A DNA stretch of 64,000 nt from assembly GCA_023459795.1 (NCBI GenBank), contig JAEWSP010000018.1:30946-94945 (forward strand), in the 5' to 3' direction. Position 1 is the stretch's first letter. Each line of letters begins with the position of its first letter. The notes under the pieces are model-generated. The model did no database searches. It had not been told where the DNA came from and saw only the letters and a list, made by a program, of their open reading frames with translations. Positions 30,288 through 39,483 of this stretch are shown in pieces. The DNA is from Bacillota bacterium. Its GTDB lineage: Bacteria > Bacillota_I > Bacilli_A > RFN20 > CAG-288. The position numbers were made by a program, and so were the translations under genes.

Positions 30288-30315
30288 AAACAAGCGACCC
30301 TTCGGCCGCTTGTTT
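30288..30315 (-). terminator. Rho-independent terminator after the 30331-31332 gene
   Basis: Minus strand CAAGCGGCC-gaag-GGTCGCTTG followed by UUUUUC. Confidence 0.45.
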
Positions 30316-30330
30316 TGCTGTCTTTCGTTT

Positions 30331-31332
30331 CTACTTGGCTTCCGGAGCAGCCGGTGCAGCAGCCGGAACGGCTGCCTTGAGTTTTCCAGACTTGTAAGCG
30401 GCATAACGGAAGTCCAGATCATCAGCAAAGAAGCTGACGACATGCTTCTGGAATTCTTCCGGCTTTTCACGCATCAGTTTCTGAACGTTTCCGACTTCCT
30501 TGGTCTGTTCAGGAGTCCAGGAAGGAGAAAGGAGAAGCTTGTTGTTGTCGAAGAGATCATCGACAAGGATAATTCCCTGCTTCGGATCCTTGGAGTTGGC
30601 AAAGAAGGCATAACGGGTCTGGTCGACCGGATCATCGTAGCAGAACGTGGAATCGAACTCATCCACCTGACCTTCCTTGTTCTTGAGCTGGATATGGGCC
30701 TTCACCTTGCCGCCAAGAAGCTGGCCGGCAGCGGAGATGGTCTGATAAGACGGAAGGAGACGGGCCTGGAGAAGCTCGTTGATCATATTGATACGGTTGT
30801 GGATTTCCTGGTTGTTTCCGAGGATAAGACGGATATGCTTGCTATCCGGAGTGACGGAGAAGAGATACTGTCCGCCAAAGGAAGTTCCGATGCAGGAAAC
30901 AAAGAAGATCTTGGTGACATAGTCGAAATAACGATAGATTTCGACCATTGTGACAGAACGTCCGATGGAAGAACGAAGCTTGACTTCGACACCGCCGTTC
31001 TCAAGATGGTTCTCGACGAGAACTTCGTACTCGGTTCCTTCTTCGATCGACGGAGGAACAAGCTTGAGGGAAGGCTTGATAGACTTGTTGAATTCAGCAG
31101 TCTTTTCAATAGCCTTGCGAACATCTCCGTCTTCCTTGAACTTTCCATCAAGTCCTAAGTTGAATATACGGAAAACAAGCAGCGGCATATCGGATCCGAG
31201 GACATAGTAGTCAGTAGTTCCATCCTCGAGGGCCTTCTGATAGATAATCTCCATCTTGGCCGGACGGATGAAATTCTTGGCATTGGCATCAGCAACAGCC
31301 TGAATTTGCACTAAGGCTTCTTTGTCTTCCAT
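30331..31332 (-). CDS. Hypothetical protein (333 aa) with Ala/Pro-rich C-terminal tail
   Basis: SD AGGAGAA precedes the ATG (MEDKEALVQ). No signal peptide and no recognisable domain. Ends AAVPAAAPAAPEAK. Confidence 0.5.
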   Translation of the reverse strand: MEDKEALVQIQAVADANAKNFIRPAKMEIIYQKALEDGTTDYYVLGSDMPLLVFRIFNLGLDGKFKEDGDVRKAIEKTAEFNKSIKPSLKLVPPSIEEGTEYEVLVENHLENGGVEVKLRSSIGRSVTMVEIYRYFDYVTKIFFVSCIGTSFGGQYLFSVTPDSKHIRLILGNNQEIHNRINMINELLQARLLPSYQTISAAGQLLGGKVKAHIQLKNKEGQVDEFDSTFCYDDPVDQTRYAFFANSKDPKQGIILVDDLFDNNKLLLSPSWTPEQTKEVGNVQKLMREKPEEFQKHVVSFFADDLDFRYAAYKSGKLKAAVPAAAPAAPEAK

Positions 31333-31422
31333 AAAATTGTTCTCCTTGATTTGAACGCTAGCACACATTAGCAAAGATTATTATACCGAATTTCGTTCCT
31401 TAAAGCGACAACGTTTTTGGTT

Positions 31423-32127
31423 TCAGCGACTATCTTTGATCTGCCACTGGATCGGATCGAGCTTATTATCGGAAAGGAATTGGTTTGCTCTTTTGAAGCA
31501 ATCGGAGCAGAAGAAGCCCCGATAAGCGCTTAACGGAGAGGGGTGAGCAGTCTTGATTATGCAGGCTTTCTTGCTATGGATCAGAGCTTCCTTCTTCTGA
31601 GCATAAGCACCCCAGAGGAGATAAACGACGGGCTGATCCAGCTTGTCGATAGCCTGAATCACATCATCCGTGAAGTTGGCCCAGCCAAGTTCCGCATGGG
31701 AATTAGGTTCCAATGCCTTTACCGTCAGGGAAGCATTGAGAAGCAGGACTCCCTGCTTTGCCCAAGGCTCCAGGTTGCCGGTCTTCGGAATCGGATATCC
31801 GTATTCATAGAAGAGTTCTTTGTAGATATTCTGCAAAGATTTCGGAAGAGCGACATTGTCGTTGACGGAGAAGGAAAGTCCGTTCGCCTGCCCTTCGTTG
31901 TAATAAGGATCCTGGCCGAGGATTACGGCACGGACATTCTTAGGGGAAGTCTCGCTAAGGGCGTGGAACACAAGATTGTAGGGAGGATAGACCGTCTCTT
32001 TGAGATAACGGTCAGAAACCATATCCACCAGTTTCTGGTAATAGTCCTTGTTCTTCTCGTCTTCAAGAAGCAATTCCCATTCGCCTGGGAAAGTGGTAAG
32101 CGCCTTAACAAGTTCTTCTTTAGTCAT
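31423..32127 (-). CDS. ung: Uracil-DNA glycosylase (family 1)
   Basis: GQDPY motif (VILGQDPYYNEGQANGLSFSV) and HPSPLS motif. Confidence 0.9.
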   Translation of the reverse strand: MTKEELVKALTTFPGEWELLLEDEKNKDYYQKLVDMVSDRYLKETVYPPYNLVFHALSETSPKNVRAVILGQDPYYNEGQANGLSFSVNDNVALPKSLQNIYKELFYEYGYPIPKTGNLEPWAKQGVLLLNASLTVKALEPNSHAELGWANFTDDVIQAIDKLDQPVVYLLWGAYAQKKEALIHSKKACIIKTAHPSPLSAYRGFFCSDCFKRANQFLSDNKLDPIQWQIKDSR

Positions 32128-32338
32128 GATTATTCTTCCCGGACTCTTTATCCTTCTTCTCCTGCTTCTTGGTCAGGAACATGGAAACACAAAAGAAAAC
32201 CAAGGCAGCGGCAGAAATGCCGATAGCCGCAAAGCAGGCCGGATGCCACTTCGTGATAGCGCCGATACCGATAGAGATGCCAAGCATTACAAGCGCCATT
32301 CCGATCATGATCTTCAAAGTTCTAACATTATTCGACAT
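32120..32338 (-). CDS. Small membrane protein (72 aa) overlapping ung start
   Basis: Strong SD AAGGAGGA. Two TM helices. Overlaps ung by 8 nt. Confidence 0.4.
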   Translation of the reverse strand: MSNNVRTLKIMIGMALVMLGISIGIGAITKWHPACFAAIGISAAALVFFCVSMFLTKKQEKKDKESGKNNHD

Positions 32339-32412
32339 AGGGATATCCTCCTTGGAAAAGAAAGGAGGCGGAGCCATCGCTCCGCCTCTTGGACTCAGGA
32401 CTAGAGAGAAGA

Positions 32413-32661
32413 CTACTTCTTATCGTCTTCTTTGTGACTGAACCACTTGGACTGGATGAAATCCAGAGTATCGTCAAGGTTCTCTTCTTCCATAGCCGCA
32501 ATAGCAAACATATAAGACGGCATCGGAAGAGAATCATCAGAATCAAACGTAACCGTATCTCCGTCTTCGGCATTGCCTTTGGTGATGTAATACTTGTTGT
32601 CCGATAAAAGAAGAAGTCTTCCTTCCTTTACCATCAGAACTGTTCCTTTAATCTGTGCCAT
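32413..32661 (-). CDS. Small acidic protein (82 aa, ~19 Asp/Glu)
   Basis: SD AAAGGAGA. Sits 74 nt upstream of the small membrane protein, on the same strand as ung. Confidence 0.4.
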   Translation of the reverse strand: MAQIKGTVLMVKEGRLLLLSDNKYYITKGNAEDGDTVTFDSDDSLPMPSYMFAIAAMEEENLDDTLDFIQSKWFSHKEDDKK

Positions 32662-32813
32662 AAAACGATCTCCTTTCTGGCTTCGATACCCATATTATAA
32701 TAAATTTAAAGCTAAATGAAAGAGGAACAACATTGGAATGAGTTGGAAATATATAAGGAATGACGTAAAATAAGAACGCATTCTTTAGTTCAGTTTTTTA
32801 ATGGAGATAATTA

Positions 32814-33395
32814 ATGAAATTACTTGCAATTGTTTTCCCAGGCCGACGCTACAGCAGTGATCGTTCGCTGCTCTATTTTCCTTCCAAGGTCATGGAAGCA
32901 AAAGGCTTTGAAATGAAGTATCTCCACTACAACTTCGAAAAAGAGGTGGAGGACAACAGGCCCATCGACCAGGCCATAGAAGAATCCGATGCCTATGCCC
33001 AGAAAGCATTGGCAGGAATCGACTTCAAAAGCTATGACCATATCGTGTTCCTCGGAAAATCCATCGGAACTGCCGTCAGCGGCAGAATTCGGAAAGAACT
33101 GGCCATCGACAACGTCATCGAAATCTACATCACTCCTCTTCCCCAGACCGTCCCGTATTTCCAGCGCCAGGATCTGATCATCGTCGGAGACCAGGATCCT
33201 TATTTCCCGGATCCGAACCCGATCCTCACGAACTATCCGAACAACTACGTCTTCCCGTCCAGCACCCATTCCCTGGAAAACAAGAAAAATTACCACCGTT
33301 CCATCCGCGTCATCGATGATGTCACTTCCATCGTCGACAGATACCTTACCGTCACCCTCAAGCTTCCGGAGGAAGCAGACATCCAAACAAAGTAA
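32814..33395 (+). CDS. Hypothetical protein, possible alpha/beta-hydrolase-like (193 aa)
   Basis: Only a GKSIG (GxSxG-like) motif supports the call. It is weak. Confidence 0.35.
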   Translation: MKLLAIVFPGRRYSSDRSLLYFPSKVMEAKGFEMKYLHYNFEKEVEDNRPIDQAIEESDAYAQKALAGIDFKSYDHIVFLGKSIGTAVSGRIRKELAIDNVIEIYITPLPQTVPYFQRQDLIIVGDQDPYFPDPNPILTNYPNNYVFPSSTHSLENKKNYHRSIRVIDDVTSIVDRYLTVTLKLPEEADIQTK

Positions 33396-33401
33396 ATCAA
33401 A

Positions 33402-34121
33402 ATGGCAGAAAAACAAAAGAAAAAGCCTGCAGTTCCGGTTGCGGAGACCCAGTCCACGCTGGAGATCCAGAAGATCCAGGCTACCGTCAATAGGGACTAC
33501 TATTTCCGCAAGAAGCCGGTTTTCGGCTTCTTCAAACGTTTTTTCGATATCCTGAATTCCTTTATCGCCATCGTGCTTCTTTCCCCGCTCCTCCTTGTTC
33601 TCTCCCTCCTGGTGAAGCTGACCTCCAAAGGCCCTGTCTTCTACAAGCACAGGCGTGTCGGAAAGAACGGAAAGATCTTCGGGATGCTGAAATTCCGTTC
33701 CATGAAGTGGGATCCCCGTCCGATCGAGCAGCAGCTCAATCCGGAACAGCTGAAGCAGTACTACACGGAATTCAAGGTCGACAACGATCCCCGTATCACC
33801 AAGATCGGAAAGTTCCTGAGGAAGACTTCCCTCGACGAGCTTCCGCAGCTCTTTGATATCTTCGCCGGGAAGATGTCCTTCGTCGGTCCCCGTCCGGTCA
33901 CGGAGATCGAGACGGAGAAGTACGGCCTTACCAGGGATATCCTTCTGTCCGTACGTCCCGGACTTACCTCCTACTGGGCAAGTCACGGAAGAAGCAATGT
34001 GGACTACCAGGAACGTGTCAACATGGAGCTTTACTACATCAAGCACCGCTCCCTCTGGATGGATTTCAAGATCATCTGCAAAACTGCCGTCGGCGTATTC
34101 AAAAGAGAAGGCGCCGAATAA
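33402..34121 (+). CDS. Bacterial sugar transferase (polyprenyl-phosphate hexose-1-phosphate transferase, WbaP/EpsL C-terminal type)
   Basis: N-terminal TM followed by a conserved catalytic domain (KRFFD...PVFYKHRRVGKNGKIFGMLKFRSM...DELPQLFDIFAGKMSFVGPRP). Confidence 0.8.
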   Translation: MAEKQKKKPAVPVAETQSTLEIQKIQATVNRDYYFRKKPVFGFFKRFFDILNSFIAIVLLSPLLLVLSLLVKLTSKGPVFYKHRRVGKNGKIFGMLKFRSMKWDPRPIEQQLNPEQLKQYYTEFKVDNDPRITKIGKFLRKTSLDELPQLFDIFAGKMSFVGPRPVTEIETEKYGLTRDILLSVRPGLTSYWASHGRSNVDYQERVNMELYYIKHRSLWMDFKIICKTAVGVFKREGAE

Positions 34122-34133
34122 AGGAGATTATTT

Positions 34134-35627
34134 ATGGAAGAAAACAAAAAAGACGGATCGAAGATCATCGTTATTCAGGACGGAAACGCCAAAGAACTGG
34201 GCCAGGGTCTTACTTTACCCCGTTACGGAAGAGGATTGAAGAAGTATTGGCCGTGGTGGGCAGGCGCCACCGTTCTTATGGGCCTTGTCGGATTCCTCGT
34301 CACGAAACTTGCCATCAATCCGAAAAAGGAGAAGCTTACCGCAACTTTTTCATACGATATTCCGACCATTGCCGAGAAGTCCGATAACGCCAAGGTCTTC
34401 TACTTTGACGGAACTCCTTTTGATTATAGGGATATCATCAGCGCTTCCTCTATCAACGGATTCCTTGCCAAAGATAAGGGGGGAGCGAAGAAGTACACAA
34501 ACCTTTCCACGGATATCATCCTCAAGGACAACACTTTTGCTATCTCCCAGAGTGTGGATGCAAACGGAGCTGCAGTCGTTCCGGCAACTTATACCATCAA
34601 TGCTGGTGTTGCTCCTTTCTCTTCCACGGAACAGGCTTCCTCTTTCACAAGAGATCTTATCGACTACACGGCAGAACTTGCCAAGGCCAAGGTAGAGTCT
34701 TATAAGATTTCGGATTCCACTGGTTCTATCGATTCCAGCACGTCTTTCAAGAAGTCCACTTCCATTCTTTCCACCCAGTACCAGAGAGTCTCCGATGCCT
34801 ATACCTTCCTTCTCTCCAATTTTTCCGAAAGCGCAGCTGTCTCCGACAGCGGGACTACCTTGCAGGAATACCACGATCTGTTCCTCTCGAATTTCAGCAA
34901 CGGATCCGAGAACGAATTTACGAAGCTGAGCCGTGAACTGCTTTCCAAGCATTATGTCAACTTCACGGATTCCACTCTGGATAGCAATCTGGAAGAACTG
35001 AAGAGCCAAGGCAAGACGGATCTTGTCGGCCTTACCCAGATCAACGGAACCATCACCAACCTGAAGACCGTCATCGGTACTTCCGATCGCCCGGACTCTG
35101 CTTCCTATGCAACTTATCTGGAGCAACTGAATACTGCTCTGGAAAGCCAGGAAACCCTGAAGACGGATCTTCTCCAGTTAGGATATGTCTACACCGGGGA
35201 TGCTTCCGACCCGAAGAACTACACGCTTCTGGAGACCACCCAGGAGAATTACGACAAGGGAGTCTTCGGACAGATCCAGCACCTGGAGTGGTACAAAGGC
35301 CACAAGGATACGGACAGCTGGGGCAAGGAAGTGGCAGGTTTCCGGGATGAGATCAGCTCGATGACTGCACAGCTTACCAGTTGGACTTCCTTTACCGCCG
35401 AAAAGACAAAGTATCTCTACCGCAATTCTACAAACGGCGTCCACTACTCCACCTCGAGCGGAATCCTCTCCTCCGGCCATGTCTCTTCCGTCTTGGTTCT
35501 TTTCCTTTCTGCTATCCTAGGTTTTGCCGTTTCTTCCCTCATCACGGGAGAAATCGTTGTTGTTGCTGACAGAAAAGCTAAAAACGAAGAAACGAAGAAA
35601 GAAGATAAACCGGTTTCAGTCCAATAA
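34134..35627 (+). CDS. Membrane protein with Wzz/PCP-like topology (N- and C-terminal TM helices flanking ~400-aa extracytoplasmic domain), 497 aa
   Basis: TM1 is WPWWAGATVLMGLVGFLV and TM2 is VLVLFLSAILGFAVSSLITG. The central domain is S/T-rich. Lies directly downstream of the sugar transferase. Confidence 0.4.
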   Translation: MEENKKDGSKIIVIQDGNAKELGQGLTLPRYGRGLKKYWPWWAGATVLMGLVGFLVTKLAINPKKEKLTATFSYDIPTIAEKSDNAKVFYFDGTPFDYRDIISASSINGFLAKDKGGAKKYTNLSTDIILKDNTFAISQSVDANGAAVVPATYTINAGVAPFSSTEQASSFTRDLIDYTAELAKAKVESYKISDSTGSIDSSTSFKKSTSILSTQYQRVSDAYTFLLSNFSESAAVSDSGTTLQEYHDLFLSNFSNGSENEFTKLSRELLSKHYVNFTDSTLDSNLEELKSQGKTDLVGLTQINGTITNLKTVIGTSDRPDSASYATYLEQLNTALESQETLKTDLLQLGYVYTGDASDPKNYTLLETTQENYDKGVFGQIQHLEWYKGHKDTDSWGKEVAGFRDEISSMTAQLTSWTSFTAEKTKYLYRNSTNGVHYSTSSGILSSGHVSSVLVLFLSAILGFAVSSLITGEIVVVADRKAKNEETKKEDKPVSVQ

Positions 35628-35667
35628 ACCGCTACTCTTACTAGCCGGGAAGAATGAAAACAATTTA

Positions 35668-35696
35668 CAAGGCCCAAACGGGCCTTGTTTCTTTTA
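35668..35696 (+). terminator. Rho-independent terminator
   Basis: Hairpin AAGGCCC-aaac-GGGCCTT followed by GTTTCTTTT. Confidence 0.5.
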
Positions 35697-35740
35697 TAAT
35701 GTTAGCCGTCAGTAAAAAGCGGATGGAAAGGACAGCATCT

Positions 35741-36340
35741 ATGTATCAAGAACTCCAGAAGGGTTGGATCGAAGTCATTACGGGACCGATGTTTGCAGGC
35801 AAGACGGAAGAACTGATCCGTCGCCTGAAGACTCTCTCCTATACGAAAGACAAGATCCAGGCTTTCAAGCCCGCCATCGACAACCGGTACGACAAGAGCG
35901 ATATTGCTTCCCACAACGGAAACAAGTTCACCTCTTATCCGGTGAAGGATGTCAAGGACCTGGCTTCCAAGATCCTACCGGATACGGAAGTCATCGCTAT
36001 CGACGAGGTACAGTTCTTCGACAACTCCATCGTCGGTCTCTGTGACGAACTTGCTGACAAGGGAATAAGAGTGATTGTCGCCGGACTCGACACGGATTTC
36101 CGTGACGAGCCTTTCGGCCCGATGCCGACGCTTCTGGCAAAGGCCGAGATGGTGACGAAGCTTACGGCTGTCTGCACGATCTGCGGATGCGCAGCAACTA
36201 AGACCCAGCGTATGATCAATGGGAAACCGGCGGATTATTCCGGCAAGGTCGTTCTTGTCGGCGCCAAGGAGTCTTATGAAGCCCGCTGCCGGAAGCACCA
36301 CATCGTTCCCGGAAAGCCTCAGAAAGAATATCTGAAGTAA
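35741..36340 (+). CDS. tdk: Thymidine kinase
   Basis: P-loop GPMFAGKTEELIRR and C-terminal zinc ribbon CTICGCAA. I chose the start at MYQEL by homology; the track ORF starts at 35654. Confidence 0.85.
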   Translation: MYQELQKGWIEVITGPMFAGKTEELIRRLKTLSYTKDKIQAFKPAIDNRYDKSDIASHNGNKFTSYPVKDVKDLASKILPDTEVIAIDEVQFFDNSIVGLCDELADKGIRVIVAGLDTDFRDEPFGPMPTLLAKAEMVTKLTAVCTICGCAATKTQRMINGKPADYSGKVVLVGAKESYEARCRKHHIVPGKPQKEYLK

Positions 36341-36352
36341 AGAACCGAATTC

Positions 36353-39307
36353 ATGTTCCGAAAGAAAAAGCAAAACAAAGCAGAAACCATTGAAAAGGCT
36401 CCTGCAGAAGAAGAAAAAAAGACGGAAAAGGTCCTGGCTGCAAAGCCGGAGACTACTGTTTTCCGCAAGAAGGATAAAGGCGAGGAAGTACCGGACTTCG
36501 ATGCCGAAGCCCAGGAACTCCCGCAGCGGAATACGACCGAAGAAAAGAAAATCTCCCTGGATGAAACCCAGGAGATCAAGATGACCTCCAAGGCCACTGA
36601 TTTCCTGAAGAGCGTCGATGAGAAGGAAATGAGGAAGAGGCAGAGAAAGGAATGGTGGCAGTCTGTTTTTGCTGTCTTTACCGGCAGGAAGAACAAGAAG
36701 CCGGCGGAGTCGAAAACCATTCCGGATGATACCATCCGTTTCAACCCCAGTGTCACGGAAGGTCTTTCGGATGACCAGGTCGCCCAGAACGTTGCCTTAG
36801 GCTTAGTCAACCATACGGAAGATACGACCGGAAGAACGTTCCGCCAGATCATCATGGAGAACATCTTCAGCTACTTCAACCTTGTCACAACGGCGATAGC
36901 CGTCATCCTTTTCATCTTCAAGCGTTATACCGAAGCTCTCTTTATGTGGGCGGTCATCGCCAACGTCATCATCGGTATCGTCCAAGGCGTCAAGGCCAAG
37001 AATACCATCGACAAGCTGAAGCTCGTCACTGCCCAGAACGTCAAAGTAGTAAGGTCCGGGAAAACCAAGATCATCCCTGCCGACAAACTGGTCCTGGATG
37101 ATATCTATGTCCTCAACAACGGAGACCAGATTCCGACCGACAGCTTGGTTGAGAACGGCAGCATGGAAGTCAATGAGTCTTTGCTAACAGGCGAATCCCG
37201 CCCGGTCAAGAAGGGCATCTGTGATACCCTCTATGCCGGAAGCTTCGTTGTCTCAGGGTCCGCAATCGTACGGGCATCCTTAGTCGGTCGGTACAACTAT
37301 GCCATGGGCATCCAGGCCCGTGCCAAGGAGTTCAAGAAGCCGCAGTCCGAAATCGTAACCTCCCTAAACAAGATCATCAAAGTCATCGGTATTGCCATTG
37401 TTCCGATAGGCCTTGCCCTTTTCCTGACTCAGTTCTACCTTTCCGGAAGCAACATCAACGGCCTTTCCACAATCGAAAGAGCCTCCAATGCTATCTCCTA
37501 TACGGCAGGATCCGTTGTCGGCATGATTCCGACTGGCATGTATCTTCTTACTTCCGTCGCTCTTTGCACCGGTGTCATTGCCCTCGGCAAGAAGAACACG
37601 CTCGTTCAAGACCTCTACTGCATCGAAATGCTGGCAAGAGTCAATACGCTGTGCCTGGATAAGACCGGCACATTGACGGACGGCACGATGAAGTGCACGG
37701 AAGTGCTCCGTATCGACAAGTCTGCCGACCTTAGCAAGATCGTCGGTTCCTATCTTTCTTCCTTCCGTGACACCAACCAGACCAGTATCGCTTTATCCAA
37801 AGCCTACCCGTTAAGAAGCGATTATCAGGCCCGGGATACGATTCCTTTCTCCTCCCAGAGAAAATACTCCGTGGTTACCTTCTATGATGTCGGCACCTAT
37901 CTCCTCGGCGCTCCGGAATATATCTACAAAGCAAAGGACAGAACCCTTGCGAAATACATCGCCGACAAGCAGACAAGCGGCATGCGTGTCGTCATGCTTG
38001 CCAGAAGCGATACACCGATCGCCAACAATGAAATCACCGGAAAGATTACTCCGGTCGCTATCTTCGTTCTGCAGGACCACGTAAGACCTCAGGCTCCTGA
38101 AACAATTCGCTGGTTTGTCAATAACGGCGTACAGATTAAGATTATTTCCGGAGACAATCCTCTTACTGCAAGCGAGATTGCAAAGAAATGCGGAGTTCCT
38201 CATGCCGAAAAGGCAATCTCCTTGGAAGGACTATCCATCCCGGAAGTCTCGGAACTCGTGAGTCAGTACAGCGTCTTCGGAAGAGTCTCTCCGGAGCAGA
38301 AGGCTGCTATCGTCAAAGAGCTGAAGAAGGAAGGAAGAACGGTCGGAATGACCGGAGACGGAGTTAACGACATCCTTGCCATGAAGAACGCCGATTGTTC
38401 CATTGCTATGGCAAACGGTGCCTCCTCTGCTAGAAACGTCGCCCACCTCGTGCTTCTGGATTCGAACTTCTCCCATATGCCGGATGTCGTCGGCGAAGGC
38501 AGAAGAGTCATCAACAACATCCAGCGAAGCTCGGCAATGTTCCTGATGAAGACTATCTTCACAATCGCCTTCACCATCATTGTTCTTCTTACCTACCTCG
38601 GTCCGGGACACCACGGAATGACTTATCCTTTCCGTACGAACAACATCGCAATCATGGAGATCTGCGGTATCGGAATTCCTTCGACGCTTCTAGCCTTGCA
38701 GAAAAACGATTCCGAGATCAAAGGCCACTTTACGGCAAATATGTTCTCCCGGGCAATCCCTGGTGCCATCTGCCTCCTTCTTGCCATCGGCATCGACTAT
38801 ATCCTCAAAGGCTTCAATGTCCTGGATCTGGATTCCATAGCGTCTCTTGGAGTCTTCAACGGAGCCTCCCTTTCCGGAGAAGCCCTCCTTGCCGCTCAGC
38901 AGGAAAGCTTCACGACTCTCTGTGCACTCAGCATGGCTGTCGTCTCCCTTACCATGGTCTTCAACTGCTGCGTACCGTTCAATTCCTACCGCCTATGCCT
39001 ATACGGAGCCTGCATCGTCCTGGCTTTGATTCTCATCTTTGCTCTTCCCTTCATCCCTGCCATGAGCGATAAGCCGACAAGCCTTTCAGACTCCATCGCC
39101 TGGAATATGTCCATCCAGTTTACAGGCATCGACTTCCGGTATCTGAACAAGACGGGGCTTCTGCTACTAACAATCTATATCGTCGGAGGAGCCGGGCTTC
39201 TCAACTTCCTTATCGATTCCTTCTCCTTCATGCGCGGCGAGAAGCCGAAGAATTCCCTCTATGCTTCTCTCCACGAACTTCCGCAGCATCATCTGAAAGC
39301 CAAGTAG
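36353..39307 (+). CDS. Cation-transporting P-type ATPase (P2-like, specificity unknown) with ~140-aa charged N-terminal extension (984 aa)
   Basis: DKTGTLT, TGES-type actuator region (LTGESRP) and GDGVNDILAMKNADCSIAM. TM4 has IPTGM in place of the PEGL motif. Confidence 0.8.
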   Translation: MFRKKKQNKAETIEKAPAEEEKKTEKVLAAKPETTVFRKKDKGEEVPDFDAEAQELPQRNTTEEKKISLDETQEIKMTSKATDFLKSVDEKEMRKRQRKEWWQSVFAVFTGRKNKKPAESKTIPDDTIRFNPSVTEGLSDDQVAQNVALGLVNHTEDTTGRTFRQIIMENIFSYFNLVTTAIAVILFIFKRYTEALFMWAVIANVIIGIVQGVKAKNTIDKLKLVTAQNVKVVRSGKTKIIPADKLVLDDIYVLNNGDQIPTDSLVENGSMEVNESLLTGESRPVKKGICDTLYAGSFVVSGSAIVRASLVGRYNYAMGIQARAKEFKKPQSEIVTSLNKIIKVIGIAIVPIGLALFLTQFYLSGSNINGLSTIERASNAISYTAGSVVGMIPTGMYLLTSVALCTGVIALGKKNTLVQDLYCIEMLARVNTLCLDKTGTLTDGTMKCTEVLRIDKSADLSKIVGSYLSSFRDTNQTSIALSKAYPLRSDYQARDTIPFSSQRKYSVVTFYDVGTYLLGAPEYIYKAKDRTLAKYIADKQTSGMRVVMLARSDTPIANNEITGKITPVAIFVLQDHVRPQAPETIRWFVNNGVQIKIISGDNPLTASEIAKKCGVPHAEKAISLEGLSIPEVSELVSQYSVFGRVSPEQKAAIVKELKKEGRTVGMTGDGVNDILAMKNADCSIAMANGASSARNVAHLVLLDSNFSHMPDVVGEGRRVINNIQRSSAMFLMKTIFTIAFTIIVLLTYLGPGHHGMTYPFRTNNIAIMEICGIGIPSTLLALQKNDSEIKGHFTANMFSRAIPGAICLLLAIGIDYILKGFNVLDLDSIASLGVFNGASLSGEALLAAQQESFTTLCALSMAVVSLTMVFNCCVPFNSYRLCLYGACIVLALILIFALPFIPAMSDKPTSLSDSIAWNMSIQFTGIDFRYLNKTGLLLLTIYIVGGAGLLNFLIDSFSFMRGEKPKNSLYASLHELPQHHLKAK

Positions 39308-39315
39308 AAAAAGAA

Positions 39316-39350
39316 TGGAAGCCCTCCGGAGGACTTCCATTTTTCTTTTG
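39316..39350 (+). terminator. Rho-independent terminator
   Basis: TGGAAGcCCTCC/GGAGGaCTTCCA hairpin followed by TTTTTCTTTTG. Confidence 0.5.
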
Positions 39351-39430
39351 CCTGTTTTCATAGAAGAAAAGAATCGGACAGGAATTCCGCATCAGGATGC
39401 TATATCTACTCTTTAATTTTTTTATTTCTA

Positions 39431-39459
39431 TTGCAAACAATTTTTTCAAGTAATATAAT
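39431..39459 (+). promoter_or_regulatory. Sigma70-type promoter for tRNA-Lys (-35 TTGCAA, 17 nt, -10 TATAAT)
   Basis: Near-consensus hexamers with ideal spacing about 25 nt upstream of the tRNA 5' end. Confidence 0.55.
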
Positions 39460-39483
39460 TAACAAGCTACAAGTTAGCGAGCT

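Noticed and set aside
29314-31158. 614-aa plus-strand ORF, one of many long antisense ORFs in the track (others: 15518-16408, 25021-25866, 32820-34046, 47002-47907, 61817-62863, 1295-1795, 34350-35126, 48181-48912, 18744-19022)
   Set aside because: Each lies opposite a gene with unmistakable conserved motifs (aldose epimerase, RF1, HAD, sugar transferase, Prs, DnaN, GH13 and others). Their translations are R/L/G/S-rich with no domains. High GC3 on the sense strand suppresses stop codons on the antisense strand.
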